From positions 1 through 40,101 of IMG/VR virus record IMGVR_UViG_3300048598_000591: a stretch of DNA of 40,101 bases. One strand, 5' to 3'. Within the stretch, counting starts at the first letter, position 1; every line of letters begins with the position of its first letter. Below are positions 35,601 to 40,101 of this stretch, one piece after another. The translations under genes and the position numbers were made by a program. Below the pieces are notes generated by a model. The model was given only the letters and a program-made list of their open reading frames with translations. It made no database searches and had not been told where the DNA came from. This DNA comes from a virus. Its lineage: Duplodnaviria; Caudoviricetes.

Positions 35601-37409
35601 TCACCTCCCTTCCGTGGTTGCGGAAAGCTCTTCGCCTGCGCGGCCGGTCCACTTTCCGCTTTGTATTTCTTCGATAAGGCTGTCCGCCTCGTCGACGCTG
35701 ATTCCATCGGGATAGGACTGTTTCAGTTGCCTATTGAGGTCTTTCGAGATGGGCCCGGCCTCTCTCGAAAGGCGAAGGAGAAAGTCGGAGACGGAAATCT
35801 GGCGGACGACGCTCGTACGCGGTACCTCGAAAGCGGAAGTGGCGCGGGCCTGGTTCGGTATGCGCTCCGGCTCCTTTATCTCGAGAGGCGTCCCGGGACG
35901 GGTAATGAAGGCCATGTTCTCGGGGACTTTCTCGGCCTGGTTTCCGAACACCGAGAGGGGTGACTCGTACCCTACGGGCGGCGCGACTGCGCGGCGCTTG
36001 TCTCCGGTGCCCTTGAAGGTGAGGCCAATCTTGGCACCCGTCGTCTCCAACTCTTTCTTCGCCTTCTGGGCCTGTGTATCGGGATGCGCCTTGTAGGTAC
36101 CGAAAGTGGTCGCGTCTTCCGGGCGGCCGTAGGTGTCCATTTCGAGGGGACGGACGAGCCACACACGGCCGTTACCGTGGACGTCGATCGCGGGCGATTC
36201 GTATGCATTCTCCCGAATGGTGACCTTTGTGTTCGCGAGCTCCACGTCGTCGACCCGGTATTTGAGGCCGTTGTGGCGGATCATGAGCGAGCCGTTCACG
36301 AGCTTTTCGATGGGGCCCGTGGAGACGAGACGCCAGAACGTTTCTTCGTCCGGACAGAGGCGGAGCTGGTCATTCGTAATGCGGGACCAGAGGGCCGCCC
36401 GGGGCGCGATGTTGCGGAAGGGCTTCGTGGCGTTGATCCTGATGCACCAATCGAGGGCCCAGGCATTGAGCTCCTCGAGGCTCGAGGGCCTCTTCAGGAT
36501 GAGACGGGCCTCGAAGCGGTTGAGATAGTGCATCAAACCTTCGACCGCGCCCTTTGCCCGAGGATTCCCGGGGAGGTGCGTGGCGAGGACGATCTGAAGC
36601 GCTTCGAACAGGTTTTGCAGCTTGCGGGCCCGGGCGATGGACCCTTTGTCCGCATAGACATTAAAGGGGACGCCCTGGAGGTTATATTTGCCCATTTTTC
36701 CGGTGGAGTCCGCGAAAGTGACCTCTACGAGCTCGTCCTTGGGCCTCATGGCCCGGAGGAGGAATTTCTCGCCGTCCTCGGGGCGCTCGCCTGAGGCATA
36801 GAAATACTGGAAGTAGAACTCTCCCGAGCAGTGGTCGACCACCGCGTAGCGGAGGAGCTGCCGCCTGATCGTCTTCGCAGCCTTGACGATCTTGTTCTTC
36901 TCCAGCTCGAGCTCCATGTCGCGCTCGCCGAGGCCCTTTTCATCGAGGAAGTACTGCAAGCAGTTTGTGACGTCGAATTGCCAGACGTGATTCGGGTGCT
37001 CGCTCTTCATGTCCTTGTGGGGGGAAGGGGCGCACATGTCACGAGCTGACATCTTCTGTTGGCGGAGCTGGGCGCGGAAGAGACTGTCGGAGACGGACGT
37101 TTTGAGGAGTCCGGAGTCTTCGAGGATCTCTTTCGCGTCGTTCGCGGGGAGGGTCGTCTGGTTCGAAAGGCGACGGGACGCGAGAATAAAAGACGCGCCG
37201 AGAAGAAGGGCTTCCCGGTCCATTTTGGTCGTGCCTTTGGTCGCTTTTTCTTTGCGGCGGCGGATCCCTGCGAGGTTGGCCCAACGGCCTATGGTCTGCT
37301 CACTCTTCGAGTACCGCACCGCGAGCTCGCCCACACGGCGCGTGTAGTCCACGCCTACGAGTCCTGTGAGCTCCTGTTTGATGTGGGCGAGTATCTCGCG
37401 GGGTACCAT
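35601..37409 (-). CDS. DDE transposase (MuA-equivalent, B3/BcepMu type)
   Basis: HPNHVWQFD, YADKGS, PGNPRAKGAVE catalytic D-D-E; 602 aa. Confidence 0.93.
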   Translation of the reverse strand: MVPREILAHIKQELTGLVGVDYTRRVGELAVRYSKSEQTIGRWANLAGIRRRKEKATKGTTKMDREALLLGASFILASRRLSNQTTLPANDAKEILEDSGLLKTSVSDSLFRAQLRQQKMSARDMCAPSPHKDMKSEHPNHVWQFDVTNCLQYFLDEKGLGERDMELELEKNKIVKAAKTIRRQLLRYAVVDHCSGEFYFQYFYASGERPEDGEKFLLRAMRPKDELVEVTFADSTGKMGKYNLQGVPFNVYADKGSIARARKLQNLFEALQIVLATHLPGNPRAKGAVEGLMHYLNRFEARLILKRPSSLEELNAWALDWCIRINATKPFRNIAPRAALWSRITNDQLRLCPDEETFWRLVSTGPIEKLVNGSLMIRHNGLKYRVDDVELANTKVTIRENAYESPAIDVHGNGRVWLVRPLEMDTYGRPEDATTFGTYKAHPDTQAQKAKKELETTGAKIGLTFKGTGDKRRAVAPPVGYESPLSVFGNQAEKVPENMAFITRPGTPLEIKEPERIPNQARATSAFEVPRTSVVRQISVSDFLLRLSREAGPISKDLNRQLKQSYPDGISVDEADSLIEEIQSGKWTGRAGEELSATTEGR

Positions 37410-37420
37410 GGCGGAAACCT

Positions 37421-38449
37421 TTATTTTCCCTTGGGCGAGAAGTGGAGGGGCTTCTTCTGGCCGATTCCGGATGAATCCTCACCGGCAGGCTCCTTACCAT
37501 CGCCGGGAGATTGGACGTCTGCGACAGTCTTATTGAGTGGGAGGCGTTCCTCCCAGTAGTTCGTCTCACCCTGGTCGGGGAGATCGGGCCGAGCTTCGAC
37601 GATTTCCGTGAAGGTCTCGACGGCGAGCTGCCGGATATGGAGGCAAAGGTCCCGGGCGATGAGCATGAGACGATCGCTCGTCGCCGTCTTGTCGATCGTC
37701 GAGATAGCGGTGAGGCAAAGCCACATCTGGTCGTGGGCATAATGGAGCTGTTCGATCGCCTTTTGGTCTTCGGGCCCGAACTCGACGATGACGTCGCCGT
37801 AGAGGCGGCGGCGGTCGTCCTTCAGGGCCTTTTTGAGGGCTTTGTTCTCTTCTTCGAGCTTGATGAGCTGTTCTGCACCGCGATCGACACGTTTCTTGTA
37901 GGAACGGAGCTTCTCCTTGAGCTGACGCGCCGGGATTTTGTCGACGTCGTCCAGGGTCAGGCCGGCGATAATTCCACCGTTTTCGAGCTCCTCTATCTCA
38001 CCTTCGTTAAGAATCTCGAGGAGGGCGAGCGCTTTTGAGCGCTGGTTGTCGGCGAGCAGTGCCATTTTCGGATGCTCGACGGAGATCTTCGCGAGGCGCA
38101 TAAAGTTGAAGGCCGTGGCCCGAGAGAGGTTTGAAAAGTGCTCATTGAGGATAAGTCCAAACGTTTGGACTCCTTCCCCGGCCTGAAGCCATATGAGATA
38201 CTTGCCGCATTCCACGGCGTTAGTAAAGCTTGAAAATAACTTGTCTTTTGCTGCAGAGATAATTCTGTCTCGGTCATAGGGGAGGCCGTCCGTATAGGGG
38301 GCGATGAGCTTCTCATGCTCCTCGAGGGCGGCGAGGTGAGCGGATCTCTGTTTGTCGGTTTCGTGCAGCTCGACGAGGGCACCCTGGTCCTCGATAGCTT
38401 TCTCGGTGTTCTTCATTTCTGCGAGTGTTTCTTCGGGATCGCGTCTCAT
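37421..38449 (-). CDS. DUF3102-like protein
   Basis: ECGKYLIWL..F..LSRATAFNFMRLA, LDDVDKIPARQLKEKLR; upstream of transposase as in B3-like phages. Confidence 0.7.
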   Translation of the reverse strand: MRRDPEETLAEMKNTEKAIEDQGALVELHETDKQRSAHLAALEEHEKLIAPYTDGLPYDRDRIISAAKDKLFSSFTNAVECGKYLIWLQAGEGVQTFGLILNEHFSNLSRATAFNFMRLAKISVEHPKMALLADNQRSKALALLEILNEGEIEELENGGIIAGLTLDDVDKIPARQLKEKLRSYKKRVDRGAEQLIKLEEENKALKKALKDDRRRLYGDVIVEFGPEDQKAIEQLHYAHDQMWLCLTAISTIDKTATSDRLMLIARDLCLHIRQLAVETFTEIVEARPDLPDQGETNYWEERLPLNKTVADVQSPGDGKEPAGEDSSGIGQKKPLHFSPKGK

Positions 38450-38784
38450 TATGGTTGATCCTCCGTTTTGTGCAGTTCGGTTGGTGACAGAAGGGCGAGG
38501 TCTCTCTCGACGCGGATCCTGCTCGCCTCGAGGAGGGATTTCTTCTTGGCCCAGAAGAGGGCGAGGCCCATGCCGAGCTCGTAATGGTCACCGATTTTGT
38601 TGAGCCAGTTGAGCGACTCGAGGGTGACGCAGACGCGGAAAACAGAGTCTTTGCCGACCTCTCCCCCGAGTGCCTGGATTATCTGGGCGATACTCAGAGG
38701 CTCCCGGGAGTCGGCGACGGCCTTCAGGACGTCGTCTGCCTTGCAGATGCTGACAATGATGTATCCGTCTCTGTCGCGTTCCAT
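38449..38784 (-). CDS. Stand-alone IclR-type HTH protein
   Basis: KADDVLKAV..PLSIAQI..KDSVFRVCVTL..W...YELG. Confidence 0.75.
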   Translation of the reverse strand: MERDRDGYIIVSICKADDVLKAVADSREPLSIAQIIQALGGEVGKDSVFRVCVTLESLNWLNKIGDHYELGMGLALFWAKKKSLLEASRIRVERDLALLSPTELHKTEDQP

Positions 38785-38794
38785 TGGCGGACCC

Positions 38795-39211
38795 TTATAC
38801 CTTGGAGAGATCGGGGAAGAGGTCCTTAAAGAGAGGACCGAGGCCGTGCAACTTGATACGCTCCTTCACGACCTTGTTTTCTTCCTCCGGGGTGAGCTTG
38901 CGTTTTTTGAGTGGCTTATCGTATCCGCAGTGCTCGGCGTCGAACGCCGCTACCTCTGCCATGTACCCTTCGGGGTTGAGCAGAATGAGCACCCCTGTCA
39001 TCCATTCCTGCCACGGTTTTGCCGTCACCTTTCCGTTTGTGTTGAGAATGTCCGATGCGTAGCTGTAGGAAATGTCGCATGCGGCCGCAAACGTCTTCCG
39101 GTCGATCTGGCGCGCGGCCGCTTTGACCCTTTCCTCTCGCTCTTCCCCCAACTCCTTAGCTCGTGCAGCAAGTTGCTGCATCTCCCTTTCTTCCCGTGTC
39201 CCGTGTTCCAC
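38795..39211 (-). CDS. CII-like HTH regulator
   Basis: AAGGAGG SD + GTG; KTFAAACDISYSYASDILN HTH; follows cro-like gene. Confidence 0.6.
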   Translation of the reverse strand: MEHGTREEREMQQLAARAKELGEEREERVKAAARQIDRKTFAAACDISYSYASDILNTNGKVTAKPWQEWMTGVLILLNPEGYMAEVAAFDAEHCGYDKPLKKRKLTPEEENKVVKERIKLHGLGPLFKDLFPDLSKV

Positions 39212-39212
39212 G

Positions 39213-39330
39213 TTACGCCTCCTTACGCTCGATTACGCCCGATTACGCAAGCCGCTTCCGGGCAAAAATTTTTGCCCCTATGGGGGCTATCGAATTACCC
39301 TCGATTACGCTGGCCGCTTCTGGACAAAAA
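39213..39330. repeat. Phased TTACGC repeats, ~29-bp direct repeat and 18-bp palindrome
   Basis: TTACGC at 39213, 39223, 39233, 39243, 39305 (TTACCC at 39295); GGGCAAAAATTTTTGCCC 39260-39277. Confidence 0.8.
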
Positions 39331-39342
39331 AAATTCAATGCT

Positions 39343-39591
39343 TTACTCCGCCTTCTTCTTTTTGTCTACTGCTACAGTAGTAGCGATTTTCGTGAAGAAA
39401 AAATCTATGGGAACGTTGAAGGTATTGACGATTCTGAGGAGAGACTCGATGCGGGGCATGGAAAGGCCTTTTTCCCATTTTGAAATGTGCTGTTTTTGCA
39501 GGCCTCCTCCGGCCTTCGCGGCGAATTCCTCAAGGGTCATCTTTTTGGAGGATCTCAGGGCTTTGATTGATTCTTTGTTGAACGCCATCAT
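39343..39591 (-). CDS. Cro/Ner-like XRE HTH protein
   Basis: LRSSKKMTLEEFA..QHISKWEKG..P; divergent from repressor. Confidence 0.88.
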   Translation of the reverse strand: MMAFNKESIKALRSSKKMTLEEFAAKAGGGLQKQHISKWEKGLSMPRIESLLRIVNTFNVPIDFFFTKIATTVAVDKKKKAE

Positions 39592-39601
39592 AATGGCCGT
39601 C

Positions 39602-39627
39602 CTACTACTGTAGTATTAGCTTGTCAA
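39602..39627. promoter_or_regulatory. Operator/promoter of the lysis-lysogeny switch
   Basis: Palindrome TACTAC-T-GTAGTA 39603-39615 next to minus-strand TTGACA 39627-39622; near-identical inverted copy at 39366-39383. Confidence 0.65.
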
Positions 39628-39654
39628 CAAAAAAAATTGAAGTAAAGATTGAAG

Positions 39655-40101
39655 ATGAAGAAACTGAGAGAATACATAGAAACAGAGCTGAGGAGCGGAA
39701 CCAGCCAGGTCGCTCTGGCCAAGAAGATGGGAGTGAGCCCGGGAAGCATCTATAAGTGGCTTAACACCGACACAGTTCCAGATCTCGCCACGCTCAAAAA
39801 AGTTGCCGAACGTATAGGGAAGAATGTGACCTACTTCATGGAAGGAGAGGGACGACGAGAAGCCGCGCACATCGAGGTATATGACACGGCAGAACAGGGA
39901 CTTTTGAACCTGTACAAACAAGCAAGGATAATTGATCCTGTTGCCGCCGAGGAAATAAGGAGCTTTGCAGCGTACACGGTCGATCGACTCAAGAGAGGAG
40001 CGAGGGCACACTCCAAAGGGAAGGAAGGCGAGATAAGGAAACGTGGCGAGGCGGCGGAGGAAGGTTCGGAGGCTGGAAAGGATCGGCATAGAAATCGATG
40101 A
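39655..40101 (+). CDS. Prophage repressor (XRE HTH, no S24 peptidase domain)
   Basis: SQVALAKKMGVSPGSIYKWL...P....LKKVA; divergent from the early operon. Confidence 0.85.
   Translation: MKKLREYIETELRSGTSQVALAKKMGVSPGSIYKWLNTDTVPDLATLKKVAERIGKNVTYFMEGEGRREAAHIEVYDTAEQGLLNLYKQARIIDPVAAEEIRSFAAYTVDRLKRGARAHSKGKEGEIRKRGEAAEEGSEAGKDRHRNR

Larger units (their letters stand above)
1..40101 (-). mobile_element. Transposable (Mu-like) myovirus prophage, near complete, ends outside window
   Basis: DDE transposase + AAA ATPase + Gam-like + GemA + Mor in Mu order, followed by lysis, terminase, head and contractile-tail genes, tightly packed with ATGA/TGATG overlaps. Confidence 0.95.

Noticed and set aside
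882-38829. Many long plus-strand ORFs (e.g. 24139-25641, 22508-23674, 13925-15076, 8404-9429)
   Set aside because: Antisense shadows of high-GC minus-strand genes, with no recognisable motifs
39213-39330. CRISPR-like or iteron array
   Set aside because: Repeats are 6-10 bp with no unique spacers, and no cas or rep gene is present
1-40101. Contractile injection system/tailocin, and prophage att ends
   Set aside because: Capsid, portal and terminase are present, so it is a phage; the window is trimmed at stop codons so ends cannot be called

Overview
The whole window is one near-complete transposable (Mu-like, B3/BcepMu-type early region) myovirus prophage of a high-GC, probably Gram-negative host. 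All genes are on the minus strand except the repressor at the right edge, and the window is cut at stop codons so neither phage end is visible. Right to left: repressor/cro switch, CII-like, IclR-HTH, DUF3102-like, DDE transposase, AAA transposition ATPase, Gam-like and small early genes, GemA, Mor/C activator, late promoter with a structured leader, lysis cassette, Mu-type terminase, then a non-Mu head/tail module (DUF1073 portal, DUF2213 protease, DUF2184 capsid, DUF4054, DUF3383 sheath, tape measure with transglycosylase, baseplate, short fibre). Most notable: (1) an O-antigen-ligase/O-oligosaccharyltransferase-like membrane enzyme plus four signal-peptide-bearing, Ser/Thr-rich fibre/adhesin-like proteins inside the virion operon, a candidate phage-encoded export-and-glycosylate system; (2) a type II hammerhead ribozyme in the early operon; (3) a ~270-nt multi-hairpin late leader RNA; (4) a -1 frameshift site in the tail chaperone, phased operator repeats and a candidate strong gyrase site. 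All family assignments come from motif recognition and gene order, not database searches.
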